A program made the position numbers and the translations under genes. Below, piece after piece: positions 40,945 to 51,569 of a stretch of 63,171 bases of DNA. The DNA lies in NCBI GenBank assembly GCA_026982475.1, contig JALSHB010000112.1:1-63171 (forward strand), written 5' to 3'. A model generated the notes under the pieces. It saw only the letters and a list, made by a program, of their open reading frames with translations. It did no database searches and was not told the DNA's origin. Numbering within the stretch: position 1 is the first letter of the stretch; each line of letters starts with the position of its first letter. The DNA is from Chromatiales bacterium (GTDB lineage: Bacteria; Pseudomonadota; Gammaproteobacteria; SZUA-152).

Positions 40945-41298
40945 ATGGACAAGAAACAGAGTCGTTTGCGCCGCGCTCGTCGTACGCGTGCCAAAATCAG
41001 CCAATTGGGCGTCTATCGCCTGTGTGTTCACCGCACTCCCCGGCACACCTATGCCCAGGTTATTTCGCCTGATGGCAGCAAGGTGGTGGCGAGTGCTTCC
41101 ACACTGGAATCTGACGTCAAGTCAGCCCTGAAGTCTACGGGCAACATTGAGGCGGCCGAAAAGATCGGTCAGCTCATCGCGGAACGCGCCAAGGCTTCGG
41201 GAGTTGAGAAGGTTGCGTTTGATCGTTCCGGTTTTCAGTACCATGGGCGCGTCAAGGCGCTCGCAGATGCGGCCCGTGAAAACGGCTTGCAGATCTAA
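40945..41298 (+). CDS. rplR: 50S ribosomal protein L18
   Basis: [18 protein letters not shown]. Confidence 0.96.
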   Translation: MDKKQSRLRRARRTRAKISQLGVYRLCVHRTPRHTYAQVISPDGSKVVASASTLESDVKSALKSTGNIEAAEKIGQLIAERAKASGVEKVAFDRSGFQYHGRVKALADAARENGLQI

Positions 41299-41313
41299 GG
41301 TTAGGGTGTCCGC

Positions 41314-41820
41314 ATGGCAAAATTTGATGCAGCAACAAACAGCGACGGCTTGATCGAAAAGCTCGTCGGTATTAATCGTGTCGCCAAGGTCGTCAAGGGT
41401 GGCCGTATATTTGGCTTCACCGCTTTGACGGTGGTTGGCGACGGTGAGGGGCGTGTTGGGTTCGGCCGCGGCAAGGCGCGCGAAGTGCCGGTCGCTGTAC
41501 AGAAGGCGATGGAAGATGCGCGCAAGAACATGCGCAAGGTCGATCTCAAGGGCGGCACGCTGCAGTACTCGATCACCGGTGTGCATGGTGCGGCCAAGGT
41601 CGTCATGTTGCCGGCCTCTGAGGGTACCGGGATCATCGCCGGTGGCGCTATGCGCGCCGTGTTCGAGGCGGTGGGTGTGCGCGATGTGCTGGCAAAGTGC
41701 ATCGGTTCGAACAACCCGATCAACGTGGTCCGCGCGACCTTCAAGGGTTTGACCAGCATGACCACCCCTGAGGCTGTCGCTGCCAAGCGCGGCAAGCGTA
41801 TCGAAGAGATTACGGAGTAA
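41314..41820 (+). CDS. rpsE: 30S ribosomal protein S5
   Basis: 168 aa with [32 protein letters not shown]. Confidence 0.97.
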   Translation: MAKFDAATNSDGLIEKLVGINRVAKVVKGGRIFGFTALTVVGDGEGRVGFGRGKAREVPVAVQKAMEDARKNMRKVDLKGGTLQYSITGVHGAAKVVMLPASEGTGIIAGGAMRAVFEAVGVRDVLAKCIGSNNPINVVRATFKGLTSMTTPEAVAAKRGKRIEEITE

Positions 41821-41823
41821 ATT

Positions 41824-42006
41824 ATGGCCGGGAAAGTCAAAGTCACTCTGGTCCGCAGCACGATCGGCCGCCTGCCTGCACACAAGGCATGCGTTTCGGG
41901 TCTGGGTATTCGTCGCCTGCACCAGACCGTTGAGGTTGAGGATACGCCGTCCAACCGAGGCATGATCAATGCGGTTTCCTACATGCTAAAGGTTGAGGAA
42001 GCATAA
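41824..42006 (+). CDS. rpmD: 50S ribosomal protein L30
   Basis: 60 aa with [28 protein letters not shown]. Confidence 0.95.
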   Translation: MAGKVKVTLVRSTIGRLPAHKACVSGLGIRRLHQTVEVEDTPSNRGMINAVSYMLKVEEA

Positions 42007-42007
42007 A

Positions 42008-42442
42008 ATGCGTTTGAATACTCTCAAGCCTGCCGAGGGCGCGAAGAAGAATCCGAAGCGGGTCGGCCGTGGTATCGGTTGCGGCCTCGGCAAGACCTGT
42101 GGCCGTGGCCACAAGGGCCAGAAATCCCGTTCCGGTGGTTTTCACAAGGTGGGTTTCGAAGGCGGTCAGATGCCTTTGCAGCGCCGCCTGCCGAAGGTGG
42201 GATTCAGTTCCCGCAAGGCGCGTATCACTGCCGAGGTGCGTCTCAGCGAGCTGGCCAAGGTTGATGGCGATACCATTGATCTGATTGCCCTGAAGGCGGC
42301 CAATGTCATTGGTCAGCACATCAGGCGCGCCAAGGTCATCGCCTCGGGCGAGGTGGCCAAGGCCGTCACCCTGCGCGGCGTGCAGGCAACCAAAGGTGCT
42401 CGTGCGGCGATTGAAGCTGCCGGCGGCAAAGTCGAGGATTAA
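42008..42442 (+). CDS. rplO: 50S ribosomal protein L15
   Basis: The 144-aa product from ATG 42008 begins [24 protein letters not shown]. Confidence 0.96.
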   Translation: MRLNTLKPAEGAKKNPKRVGRGIGCGLGKTCGRGHKGQKSRSGGFHKVGFEGGQMPLQRRLPKVGFSSRKARITAEVRLSELAKVDGDTIDLIALKAANVIGQHIRRAKVIASGEVAKAVTLRGVQATKGARAAIEAAGGKVED

Positions 42443-43789
42443 GTGGGCGCCTCGCGGTCGTCTATGCTCGACGCCATGGGCTCGGGCAAGCTAACGGAAC
42501 TCAAGCAGCGCCTGTGGTTCGTGTTCCTGGCAATGCTGGTGTTCCGTATCGGCTCTTTCATACCTGTGCCGGGCATTGATCCTGCGGCGCTGGCGATTCT
42601 GTTCGATCAGCAGAAGGGCACCATTCTGGACATGTTCAACATGTTCTCCGGTGGTGCGCTGGGCCGTCTTACGCTGTTTGCACTGGGTGTCATGCCCTAT
42701 ATTTCGGCCTCGATCATCATGCAGCTGCTGACGGCCGTGGTGCCGAAGCTGGAACAACTGAAGAAAGAAGGCGAGTCCGGGCGCCGCAAGATCACCCAGT
42801 ACACCCGCTACGGAACCCTTGGTCTGGCGACCTTTCAGTCCATCGGTGTCGCTATTGCATTACAGAGTCAGCAGGTGGGTGCGCTGGCAGTTGTTCCGAA
42901 CCCGGGGCCTGGCTTCATTTTCACGGCGGTGGTTAGCCTAGTGACAGGAACCATGTTTCTGATGTGGCTGGGTGAGCAGATCACGGAGCGTGGCATAGGT
43001 AATGGCATTTCACTGATAATATTCGCGGGCATCGTCGCAGGTCTGCCATCGGCGATTGGTGGAACCCTGGAGCTGGCGAGGGTTGGTGAGCTGAGCGCCT
43101 TCCTTGTCATCGCGCTGTTGGTCCTTGTCGTTTTAGTGACAGGTTTTGTTGTCTTCATGGAGAGAGGGCAGCGGCGGATCACGGTGAACTATGCCAAACG
43201 ACAACAGGGGCGGAAGGTTTTTGCGGCGCAGAAGAGTCATTTGCCGTTGAAGGTGAATATGGCAGGCGTCATACCGCCAATCTTTGCATCCAGTATCATC
43301 CTCTTCCCGGCGACACTCGGAGGATGGTTTGGCAGTGCCGAAGGGATGGGGTGGCTGAAAGACCTGTCTTCCACGCTCTCTCCAGGTCAGCCGTTATACG
43401 TGCTGTTATACGCGCTGGCGATTATTTTCTTCTGCTTCTTCTATACGGCGTTGATGTTCAACCCCAAGGATACGGCAGACAATCTGAAGCGTTCGGGTGC
43501 GTTCATTCCCGGTATTCGCCCCGGGCAGCAGACGGCGAAATATATCGATGAGGTCATGTCACGCCTGACTCTTGTCGGCGCCATTTACATAACCGCCGTG
43601 TGTTTGTTGCCGGAATTCATGATCGTGTACTGGAACGTGCCTTTCTACTTTGGCGGCACGTCGCTGTTGATTATTGTTATCGTGGTGATGGATTTCATTT
43701 CGCAGATACAGGCACATCTGATGTCGCATCAGTATGACGGCCTGATGAAAAAGGCCAACCTCAAGGGCTACGGCCGAACTGGTTTGTAA
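42443..43789 (+). CDS. secY: Preprotein translocase subunit SecY
   Basis: The 448-aa ORF (GTG start) has ten TM segments and [31 protein letters not shown] 42464 is a possible alternative start. Confidence 0.95.
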   Translation: MGASRSSMLDAMGSGKLTELKQRLWFVFLAMLVFRIGSFIPVPGIDPAALAILFDQQKGTILDMFNMFSGGALGRLTLFALGVMPYISASIIMQLLTAVVPKLEQLKKEGESGRRKITQYTRYGTLGLATFQSIGVAIALQSQQVGALAVVPNPGPGFIFTAVVSLVTGTMFLMWLGEQITERGIGNGISLIIFAGIVAGLPSAIGGTLELARVGELSAFLVIALLVLVVLVTGFVVFMERGQRRITVNYAKRQQGRKVFAAQKSHLPLKVNMAGVIPPIFASSIILFPATLGGWFGSAEGMGWLKDLSSTLSPGQPLYVLLYALAIIFFCFFYTALMFNPKDTADNLKRSGAFIPGIRPGQQTAKYIDEVMSRLTLVGAIYITAVCLLPEFMIVYWNVPFYFGGTSLLIIVIVVMDFISQIQAHLMSHQYDGLMKKANLKGYGRTGL

Positions 43790-43823
43790 GCGGGCCCAGC
43801 GCCCTGTGTTTGGAGAAAAAACG

Positions 43824-43937
43824 ATGAAGGTTCGTGCATCGGTCAAGAAAATCTGCCGCAAGTGCAAGGTGGTCCGCCGCAAGGGCGTGGTACGAGTAAT
43901 CTGCTCGGATCCCCGCCACAAGCAGCGCCAGGGCTGA
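43824..43937 (+). CDS. rpmJ: 50S ribosomal protein L36 (zinc-ribbon type)
   Basis: This 37-aa ORF is not in the track and was translated by hand: [37 protein letters not shown]. It follows secY as expected. Confidence 0.93.
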   Translation: MKVRASVKKICRKCKVVRRKGVVRVICSDPRHKQRQG

Positions 43938-43945
43938 TCTGATAC

Positions 43946-43974
43946 TTGATTGGCAGTTGTTGAAAGCTTAAAAT
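43946..43974 (+). promoter_or_regulatory. Candidate sigma70 promoter of the alpha operon
   Basis: TTGATT (43946-43951), a 17-nt spacer, then TAAAAT (43969-43974), 40 nt upstream of rpsM. Confidence 0.5.
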
Positions 43975-44014
43975 AGCCGGTTTTACCGCGGCGATCGATT
44001 AGGAGAATATTGGC

Positions 44015-44371
44015 ATGGCGCGTATTGCGGGGATCAACGTCCCAGATCAAAAACATGTGGTCATAGCGCTGACATCCATTTACGGCATTGGACGCGCGCG
44101 CGCGGAAAAAATCTGCGCTGCTGCCAGTGTCAACGCCGGTTCGAAGATCAAGGATCTCACCGAGCAGGAGTTGGAGGCGTTGCGTTCGGAGGTCGGCAAG
44201 TTCACCGTTGAAGGCGATCTGCGCCGTGAAGTTTCCATGAACATCAAGCGGCTCATGGACATGGGCTGTACCCGTGGAATCCGTCATCGCCGCGGACTCC
44301 CGGTGCGCGGTCAGCGTACCCGCACCAATGCGCGCACCCGCAAGGGTCCGCGTCGCATGATTCGCAAGTAA
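44015..44371 (+). CDS. rpsM: 30S ribosomal protein S13
   Basis: [26 protein letters not shown]. Confidence 0.97.
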   Translation: MARIAGINVPDQKHVVIALTSIYGIGRARAEKICAAASVNAGSKIKDLTEQELEALRSEVGKFTVEGDLRREVSMNIKRLMDMGCTRGIRHRRGLPVRGQRTRTNARTRKGPRRMIRK

Positions 44372-44404
44372 TTCAACTCACACGTCTTTTTATAGGTAAG
44401 CGGA

Positions 44405-44788
44405 ATGGCAAGTCCCCGTACAAAGAAGCGCGTCAAAAAGAATGTGGTCGACGGTGTCGCCCACATTCACGCGTCCTTCAACAATACCATTGTGACCATC
44501 ACCGATCGCCAGGGCAATGCACTTGCCTGGGCGACGGCCGGTGGCTCAGGTTTCCGTGGCTCGCGCAAGAGCACACCCTTCGCCGCGCAGGTTGCCGCGG
44601 AGCGCGTGGCCGTGGTCGTCAAGGACATGGGGATGAAGAACCTGGAGGTGAACGTCAAGGGCCCGGGCCCGGGGCGTGAATCCGCCATTCGTGCTCTGAA
44701 TGGCCAAGGCTTCAACATTACCAGTATTACCGACGTAACCCCCATTCCGCACAATGGTTGCCGCCCTCCCAAGCGGCGCCGCGTGTAA
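44405..44788 (+). CDS. rpsK: 30S ribosomal protein S11
   Basis: 127 aa with [24 protein letters not shown]. Confidence 0.97.
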   Translation: MASPRTKKRVKKNVVDGVAHIHASFNNTIVTITDRQGNALAWATAGGSGFRGSRKSTPFAAQVAAERVAVVVKDMGMKNLEVNVKGPGPGRESAIRALNGQGFNITSITDVTPIPHNGCRPPKRRRV

Positions 44789-44802
44789 GTCCGGAGATTG
44801 AG

Positions 44803-45429
44803 ATGGCAAGATATATTGGACCAAAGTGTCGCCAGTGCCGCCGTGAAGGGGCCAAGCTCTTTCTGAAGGGCGAGAAGTGCTATACCGCAAAATGCGCCAT
44901 GGAGAACCGTGCGTTTCCTCCGGGCCAGCACGGCCAGCGTCGCACCCGCGTTTCCGATTATGCGAACCAGTTGCGCGAGAAGCAGAAGATGCGTCGCACC
45001 TATGGCATTCTTGAGAAGCAGTTCCGTCTGTATTACCAGGAGTCTGACCGACGCAAGGGCGCGACCGGCGAGAACCTGCTGCAGACCCTGGAGTCACGCC
45101 TCGACAACGTCGTCTATCGCATGGGCTATGCCGCTTCCCGCAGCGAGGCGCGCCAGCTGGTTCGCCACAAGGCGATCACCGTCAACGATCGCGTCGTGAC
45201 CATTCCGTCCTTCCGGGTCAGCCCGTCTGACGTGGTAGCGGTGGGGGAAGGCAGCCGCAACCAGACGCGCATCCAGAATTCCATGGATCTGGCCACCCAG
45301 CGCGGCTTCGTCGAATGGATCGATGTCGACAGCAAGAAGCTGAGCGGCGTGTTCAAGACCTATCCGGAGCGCTCCGAGTTGCCGTCTGACATTAATGAGC
45401 ATCTGATCGTTGAGTTGTACTCCAAGTAA
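44803..45429 (+). CDS. rpsD: 30S ribosomal protein S4
   Basis: The 208-aa product from ATG 44803 begins [26 protein letters not shown]. Confidence 0.96.
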   Translation: MARYIGPKCRQCRREGAKLFLKGEKCYTAKCAMENRAFPPGQHGQRRTRVSDYANQLREKQKMRRTYGILEKQFRLYYQESDRRKGATGENLLQTLESRLDNVVYRMGYAASRSEARQLVRHKAITVNDRVVTIPSFRVSPSDVVAVGEGSRNQTRIQNSMDLATQRGFVEWIDVDSKKLSGVFKTYPERSELPSDINEHLIVELYSK

Positions 45430-45479
45430 TCAACACACTGTAGCGCAACAACGTATCGCAAGCTTAAAGAGGAAATTCC

Positions 45480-46475
45480 ATGCAAGGCTCACTGTCAGAT
45501 TTTTTGAAGCCGAGTATTGTCAACGTTCAGGTGTTCAACAATCACCATGCAAAGGTGACCCTGGAGCCCTTGGAACGTGGTTTCGGCCATACCTTGGGTA
45601 ACGCCCTGCGCCGAATCCTGTTGTCTTCCATTACCGGTTGTGCCGTGGTCGAAGTCGAGATCGAAGGCGTGCTGCACGAGTACAGCGCCATCGAAGGGGT
45701 GCAGGAAGACGTCATCGACATCCTGCTGAACCTGAAGGGGGTCGCCTTCCAGATGCATGCGCGGGATGAAGCCGTGCTGGTGCTGGAGAAGAAGGGCGAG
45801 GGCCCCGTTACCGCCGCTGACATCACCCTGGATCACGATGTCGAGGTGGTCAACCCGGATCACGTCATCGCCCATCTGACCAAGAACGGCGAGATCAAGA
45901 TGAAGCTCAAGGTACGCACTGGCCGTGGCTATCAGCCCGCCAATCAGCGCACCGAGGAAGACGAGTCCAGCGTCATCGGTCGTCTGCAGATCGACGCCTC
46001 GTTCTGTCCGATTTCCCGCGTTTCCTACACGGTGGAGAACGCCCGCCTCGAGCAGCGCACCGATCTCGACAAGCTCATCGTCGAGCTGGAAACGGACGGT
46101 TCGCTGGACCCCGAGGAGGCCATTCGTACCGCGGCCACCATTCTGCAGGACCAGCTGTCCAGCTTCGTCGATCTGCAGAGTCGCCAGGAGGCCAGCGCCA
46201 TCGCCGAAGAGCCCGATGTCGATCCGATCCTGCTGCGTCCGGTCGATGATCTGGAGTTGACGGTGCGTTCCGCCAACTGCCTGAAGGCCGAGCAGATCTA
46301 CTACATCGGTGACCTGATTCAGTGCACCGAGGTCGAGCTCTTGAAGACCCCCAACCTGGGCAAGAAGTCTCTGACCGAAATCAAGAGTGTACTGGCGACC
46401 AAGGGTTTGTCGCTGGGTATGCGTTTGGAAAACTGGCCGCCCGCGAGTCTCAAGGACCAGCGGGAAGAGGGTTGA
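45480..46475 (+). CDS. rpoA: DNA-directed RNA polymerase subunit alpha
   Basis: 331 aa with [23 protein letters not shown]. The C-terminal domain has [16 protein letters not shown]. Confidence 0.97.
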   Translation: MQGSLSDFLKPSIVNVQVFNNHHAKVTLEPLERGFGHTLGNALRRILLSSITGCAVVEVEIEGVLHEYSAIEGVQEDVIDILLNLKGVAFQMHARDEAVLVLEKKGEGPVTAADITLDHDVEVVNPDHVIAHLTKNGEIKMKLKVRTGRGYQPANQRTEEDESSVIGRLQIDASFCPISRVSYTVENARLEQRTDLDKLIVELETDGSLDPEEAIRTAATILQDQLSSFVDLQSRQEASAIAEEPDVDPILLRPVDDLELTVRSANCLKAEQIYYIGDLIQCTEVELLKTPNLGKKSLTEIKSVLATKGLSLGMRLENWPPASLKDQREEG

Positions 46476-46523
46476 TCCTGCGGGATTTAACCAGCCACAA
46501 AAGGTTTTATTAAGGAACTTGTC

Positions 46524-46925
46524 ATGCGCCATCGTCAATCAGGTCGACAGTTAAATCGCAACAGCAGCCACCGCAAAGCCATGTTCAAGAATATGGCCTG
46601 CTCGCTGTTTCGCCATGAAATCATCAAAACCACCCTGCCCAAGGCCAAGGAGTTGCGTGGTGTTGCCGAGCCGCTGATCACGCGCGCCAAGAACGACTCG
46701 CTGGCCAATCGCCGCGTGGTCTTCGATCGCATCCGCGACAAGGAAATGGTCGGCAAGCTGTTTGCCGAGATTGCGCCGCGCTATAAAGAGCGCCCCGGTG
46801 GCTACATCCGCATCCTCAAGTGCGGCTTCCGCGCCGGCGACAATGCCCCCATGGCATACGTCGAGCTGGTTGACCGGCCTCAGGAAGTGGAAGAAGACGT
46901 GGAAGAAGAAACCAACGCGGAATAA
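46524..46925 (+). CDS. rplQ: 50S ribosomal protein L17
   Basis: [25 protein letters not shown]. Confidence 0.97.
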   Translation: MRHRQSGRQLNRNSSHRKAMFKNMACSLFRHEIIKTTLPKAKELRGVAEPLITRAKNDSLANRRVVFDRIRDKEMVGKLFAEIAPRYKERPGGYIRILKCGFRAGDNAPMAYVELVDRPQEVEEDVEEETNAE

Positions 46926-46949
46926 TCTGCTTCCGCCTCACGTTTAGAG

Positions 46950-46972
46950 AACCGGGCCCTGCCCGGTTTTTT
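46950..46972 (+). terminator. Rho-independent terminator of the alpha operon
   Basis: AACCGGGC-CCT-GCCCGGTT has an 8-bp GC-rich stem running into TTTTTT. Confidence 0.8.
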
Positions 46973-47152
46973 ATTGCGCTGAAAAATTGCCGCTACGGCT
47001 TAAGAAAAGGGGGCATTTGCCGCTTTCAATGCCGTTATAGAAAAATTCGATTCTATTGCCTGGTTTTATTGCCCATAATCGGGCTTGATTTCACAGATCC
47101 TTACCCGTCAACCCAATCACAATAACAAGCAAGGGTAAGCAGGAGGAGATAC

Positions 47153-48415
47153 ATGACATTTGAAAGTTTTGTCGAGGCCCAGTCGGTGTTGCTGTGGTCC
47201 ACCTTCGCCATCGCCCTGGTGCTGGGTATTGTCGTGAACAAGACCAATTTCTGCACAATGGGCGCCGTGTCCGATTGGGTCAATATCGGTGACCTGGGGC
47301 GTTTCCGCGCCTGGATGTTGGCGGCGACCGTGGCGCTGATCGGCGTCATCGTGCTGGAGGGCGTGGGACTGGTGAAAGCGGACGCGGCCTTTCCACCCTA
47401 TCGCTCGCCGATGCTGATTTGGGCGGAGAACCTGCTTGGCGGCGTGATGTTCGGCATCGGCATGACCCTGGCGAGCGGTTGCGGCAACAAGGTGTTGATC
47501 CGTATTGGCGGCGGAAACCTCAAATCCATCTTTGTGCTGCTGATCATCGGCGTGATCGCCTATTTCATGATCAATCCCTTTCCGGACTCCGATCAGACCC
47601 TGATGTCGCTGTTGTTCATCGACTGGATTCGCCCGCTGGCGGTGGACATGGGCGGCCCACAGGACCTCGGCAGCCTGGTCAGTCCGGACAATGCGGTGAC
47701 GGCGCGGCTGATCATCGGCGGCATCATCGCCACTGCCTTGCTGGTATTCATCTTCAGGTCGGCCGATTTTCGCAGGAATTTTGACAATGTCTTCGCCGGC
47801 ATCATGGTGGGGCTCACGGTGCTGGGCGCCTGGTACGTCACCAGCAATATCAAGCTGGATGTCGATGGCGACATCTACTCGCTGCGCGAATTCGCCCAGC
47901 AGTGGGATTTCCTGGCGGAATCCGATGAGGGGAAACCGGCGGATACCCGTCCTCTCAGCCCCCAGTCCTTCACCTTCATCAATCCCATGGGGCAGACCCT
48001 GGGTTACGCCTCGTCCGGTTTCAGTCACGCCTATCTGACCTTTGGCGTGATGGCCCTGTTTGGCGTCATTGCCGGTTCGCTCCTGTGGTCGCTGGTTTCG
48101 CGCAGCTTCCGCTTCGAGTGGTTTGCCTCCGGCAAGGATTTCCTCAACCACTTCGTCGGCGCCATTCTGATGGGCTTTGGTGGCGTGCTGGCCATGGGTT
48201 GTACCATCGGTCAGGGCATTACGGGTGTCTCCACCCTGGCCATCGGTTCGATCATCGCCCTGGTGTCGATCATCTTCGGTTGTGCGCTGACCATGAAGAT
48301 CCAGTACTACAAGCTGGTCTATGAAGAGGAGGCCACCTTTTTCAAGGCGTTGCTGACCTCGCTGGTGGACATGAAGCTCTTGCCGTCTGGCCTGCGCCGC
48401 CTCGACGCGGTGTAA
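47153..48415 (+). CDS. YeeE/YedE family sulfur-compound (thiosulfate) transporter
   Basis: 420-aa polytopic protein with two conserved Cys loops, GMTLASGCGNK and LAMGCTIGQGITG. Confidence 0.8.
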   Translation: MTFESFVEAQSVLLWSTFAIALVLGIVVNKTNFCTMGAVSDWVNIGDLGRFRAWMLAATVALIGVIVLEGVGLVKADAAFPPYRSPMLIWAENLLGGVMFGIGMTLASGCGNKVLIRIGGGNLKSIFVLLIIGVIAYFMINPFPDSDQTLMSLLFIDWIRPLAVDMGGPQDLGSLVSPDNAVTARLIIGGIIATALLVFIFRSADFRRNFDNVFAGIMVGLTVLGAWYVTSNIKLDVDGDIYSLREFAQQWDFLAESDEGKPADTRPLSPQSFTFINPMGQTLGYASSGFSHAYLTFGVMALFGVIAGSLLWSLVSRSFRFEWFASGKDFLNHFVGAILMGFGGVLAMGCTIGQGITGVSTLAIGSIIALVSIIFGCALTMKIQYYKLVYEEEATFFKALLTSLVDMKLLPSGLRRLDAV

Positions 48416-48507
48416 GCCCATGGTTTGAAGCAGAACCTGGGGATTCAGGTTGCAAAAAGGCCGTGGGCGGATGCCCTTGCCCACGGCACCTTGTCACCCG
48501 CCGGCCC

Positions 48508-48535
48508 TTGTCATTCGGTTCGATTCGGGTATGAT
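48508..48535 (+). promoter_or_regulatory. Candidate promoter of tRNA-Lys (and possibly prfC)
   Basis: TTGTCA (48508-48513), a 16-nt spacer, then TATGAT (48530-48535). A second CCTTGTCA copy lies at 48489-48496. Confidence 0.4.
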
Positions 48536-48551
48536 TGCAGTCCCTTTTTTC

Positions 48552-48627
48552 GGGCCGTTAGCTCAGTTGGTAGAGCACCGGACTTTTAATCCGATGGTCC
48601 TGCGTTCGAGTCGCAGACGGCCCACCA
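48552..48627 (+). tRNA. tRNA-Lys (TTT)
   Basis: GGGCCGTTAGCTCAGTTGGTAGAGC...; anticodon loop CTTTTAA; ends ACGGCCCACCA. Confidence 0.93.
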
Positions 48628-48666
48628 TTTTCCCCTCCAATCGCGCTCCCAGAGCAGCCAATCCGC

Positions 48667-50247
48667 ATGTCAGTCATCAAGCAGGAAGCCGAACGTCGGC
48701 GCAGTTTCGCGATCATCTCGCACCCGGACGCGGGCAAGACGACGCTGACGGAAAAGTTGCTGCTGTTCGGGCGCGCGATCCAGATGGCCGGTACCGTCAA
48801 GGGCCGCAAGGCCGCGCGACACGCCACCTCCGACTGGATGGCGCTGGAGCAGCAGCGTGGCATCTCGGTGACCTCGTCGGTGATGCAGTTCCCGTACCGC
48901 GACTGCATCATCAATCTGCTCGACACGCCGGGCCACGAGGATTTCTCCGAGGACACCTACCGCACCCTCACCGCGGCGGACTCTGCGCTGATGGTGATCG
49001 ACTGCGCCAAGGGCGTCGAGCAGCGCACCATCAAGCTGATGGAGGTCTGCCGCCTGCGCGACACGCCCATCATCAGCTTCATCAACAAGCTCGACCGCGA
49101 GGGCCGTGACCCGCTGGAGCTGCTCGACGAGGTCGAGGACATTCTCAAGATTCGCTGCGCGCCCATGACCTGGCCCATCGGCATGGGCAAGGCCTTCAAG
49201 GGGGTGTTCGATCTCTACAGCGACACCATCCACCTGTTCAGTCCCAGCCACGGCGGCAAGATTCAGGACGGCGAGGTCATCGAGGGGCTGGACAACCCGC
49301 GTCTGGACGACCTGTTCGGGCCGGTGGCCGAGGAGCTGCGCGACGAGGTGGAGCTGGTGCGCGGCGCCAGCCATGCGTTCGATCTCGACGCCTATCTGGC
49401 CGGCGAGCTGACGCCGGTCTATTTCGGCTCCGCCATCAACAACTTCGGCGTGCGCGAACTGCTGGAGGCGCTGGTCGACTTCGCGCCGTCACCGCCGCCG
49501 CGCAAGACCCTGACGCGCGATGTGGCGCCTGACGAAGAGAAATTCACCGGCTTCGTGTTCAAGATCCAGGCCAACATGGACCCCTCGCACCGCGACCGCA
49601 TCGCCTTCCTGCGCATCTGCTCCGGGCAGTACAGCCAGGGCATGAAGGTGCGTCATGTGCGCATCGGCCGCGACGTGAAGATCCCCACGGCCATCACCTT
49701 CATGGCCGCCGACCGCGAGCATGTCGAGCATGCCTATTCCGGCGACATCATCGGCCTGCACAACCATGGCACGATCCAGATCGGCGATACCTTTACCCAG
49801 GGCGAGGAGCTGAAATTCACCGGCATCCCGCACTTTGCCCCGGAGCTGTTCCGGCGTGCGCGCCTGCGCGACCCGCTGCGCATGAAGGCCCTGCAGAAGG
49901 GCCTGCAGGAGCTGTGCGAGGAGGGCGCCTCGCAGCTGTTCCGGCCGCTGAACAGCAACGACCTCATCGTCGGCGCCGTCGGCGTGTTGCAGTTCGACGT
50001 GGTCGCCCACCGCCTGCTGCACGAATACAAGGTGGAATGCCTGTTCGAGACGGTCAACGTGGCCACGGCGCGCTGGGTGGAGTGCGCGGATGAAAAGAAA
50101 CTCGACGAGTTCAAGAAGAAGGCCCACGACAACCTGGCCCTGGATGGCGATGGCAACCTGACCTACATCGCGCCGACGCGCATCAATCTCGACCTGACCA
50201 TGGAGCGCTGGCCGGAGATCGAATTCCGCTCGACGCGTGAACATTGA
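48667..50247 (+). CDS. prfC: Peptide chain release factor 3
   Basis: 526 aa with [26 protein letters not shown] and the DTPGHEDF GTPase motif. Confidence 0.95.
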   Translation: MSVIKQEAERRRSFAIISHPDAGKTTLTEKLLLFGRAIQMAGTVKGRKAARHATSDWMALEQQRGISVTSSVMQFPYRDCIINLLDTPGHEDFSEDTYRTLTAADSALMVIDCAKGVEQRTIKLMEVCRLRDTPIISFINKLDREGRDPLELLDEVEDILKIRCAPMTWPIGMGKAFKGVFDLYSDTIHLFSPSHGGKIQDGEVIEGLDNPRLDDLFGPVAEELRDEVELVRGASHAFDLDAYLAGELTPVYFGSAINNFGVRELLEALVDFAPSPPPRKTLTRDVAPDEEKFTGFVFKIQANMDPSHRDRIAFLRICSGQYSQGMKVRHVRIGRDVKIPTAITFMAADREHVEHAYSGDIIGLHNHGTIQIGDTFTQGEELKFTGIPHFAPELFRRARLRDPLRMKALQKGLQELCEEGASQLFRPLNSNDLIVGAVGVLQFDVVAHRLLHEYKVECLFETVNVATARWVECADEKKLDEFKKKAHDNLALDGDGNLTYIAPTRINLDLTMERWPEIEFRSTREH

Positions 50248-50277
50248 CCGGTGTGCTGCCGGGTGCCGAATTCGTGA

Positions 50278-50775
50278 TCACTCATCCCTGACCAGCCGCA
50301 CATAGGCCCTGTCATCGCCGCTGCCCAGGTTGCTCTCGCCGTAGAGGAACTGCACCTGCCAGTATCGGCGCGCCGGCCCGTCATCGCTGGCGAACACCGT
50401 TGCGGTCCAGAAGTCGGCCGCCGGCGTATTGGGAAATCTCTTGCCGTCGATGGCGGGCCGGCTGCAGCGCAGATCGACGATGGCGCTGAGTTCCTGCAGG
50501 GTGGGCAGTCGCCAGCCATCGCCGCCCTGGCGTCGGGCCTCGGCCAGCGTCAGGCGCCGTGGCCGGCCCTCGCAGCTTGCATTGCGCCACTGCTGGCCCA
50601 CGGCGCATCGCTGCCAGCGCAGCTGCCTGGCGGTATCCGTCAGGGTGCCATCGGCATGGGGCAGAAGGCGTGGCCCGGCCTGGTCATCGGCGCCGGCCGG
50701 GATGCATTGCTGTGCCCAGCCCGGCAGGCTGCAAAGGCCGAAAAAGAGCAGTGACAGGAGCTTTCCCGGCGTCAC
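50278..50775 (-). CDS. DUF1566 (Lcl C-terminal domain-like) secreted protein, paralog B
   Basis: 165 aa with a signal peptide ending GWA-QQ. It has the WRLPTLQELSAIVD motif, FWTAT and YVRLVRDE. The GTG start overlaps the upstream stop (GTGA). Confidence 0.7.
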   Translation of the reverse strand: MTPGKLLSLLFFGLCSLPGWAQQCIPAGADDQAGPRLLPHADGTLTDTARQLRWQRCAVGQQWRNASCEGRPRRLTLAEARRQGGDGWRLPTLQELSAIVDLRCSRPAIDGKRFPNTPAADFWTATVFASDDGPARRYWQVQFLYGESNLGSGDDRAYVRLVRDE

Positions 50776-51353
50776 GGTGGCGCATCCCGTACCAGGCGCA
50801 CATGCACCCGGTTGCCTTTCGGATAGGCGTAATCGAAGCCAAAGGCAAAGCCGATGCCCCAGGCCTCGCCGGCATCATTGGCGCTGGGCGTGGCCGACCA
50901 GTAGAATTGAGCCCGCGCATTGGGAAAGTAGCGCGTGTCCAGGGTTGGGCCTGGGTAGGGGATGCGATAGTCCACCAGGGAACGCAGCTCCTCGCGGCCG
51001 GGCAGGCGCCAGTCGTGGGCGCCGCACAAGCCCCGCCGGTTGACGGCCTGCACCAAGGCCTGTGTCGTGCAGGGGGCGGCGTCGCACGCGTCGTCGTTGG
51101 CGCGGGCGTCCGTCTCTGCCCAACTGAACAGCCGCCCGCGCTGGTGCAGGCCCGGCTGGCGGGTCTTGACCTCCCACACCAGGCCGCTGTGGCGGTCGAG
51201 GACGCAGGACCAGGTCTGCGCGCCGGAGGCCTCCGCCAGCGGCTGGCCGCCAGCGTCCAGGCGCACGAAGCGTCCGTCATCGGCGCAAGAAAGACGGGAA
51301 ACCGTCATCAGCGCCAGGCCCAGCAGGCCAATACGGCGCCATCGTTCTGTCAT
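50772..51353 (-). CDS. DUF1566 (Lcl C-terminal domain-like) secreted protein, paralog A
   Basis: It has WRLPGREELRSLVD, FYWSATPSA and HVRLVRDA. ATG 51353 (MTERWRRIGLLGLALM) is preferred over the TTG at 51368 used by the ORF track. Confidence 0.7.
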   Translation of the reverse strand: MTERWRRIGLLGLALMTVSRLSCADDGRFVRLDAGGQPLAEASGAQTWSCVLDRHSGLVWEVKTRQPGLHQRGRLFSWAETDARANDDACDAAPCTTQALVQAVNRRGLCGAHDWRLPGREELRSLVDYRIPYPGPTLDTRYFPNARAQFYWSATPSANDAGEAWGIGFAFGFDYAYPKGNRVHVRLVRDAPP

Positions 51354-51569
51354 ATGCCTGGCGTACAATGCGCGGAAACCCCGATGTCTGTCATAACGTC
51401 ACAGCGATCACCCTTTACCCGCCCTGTGCAGGCTGGCGATTGCCGGCCAATCCTGTTAGCGTCTAACGCTAAATGGCTTTGGCGTGAATCATGCATCATG
51501 CCGCTGAATCGGGTGTCGTGACAATGCCCGGTGGGACGAAAAAACGACCTGATATGACAAATTGTCCAT

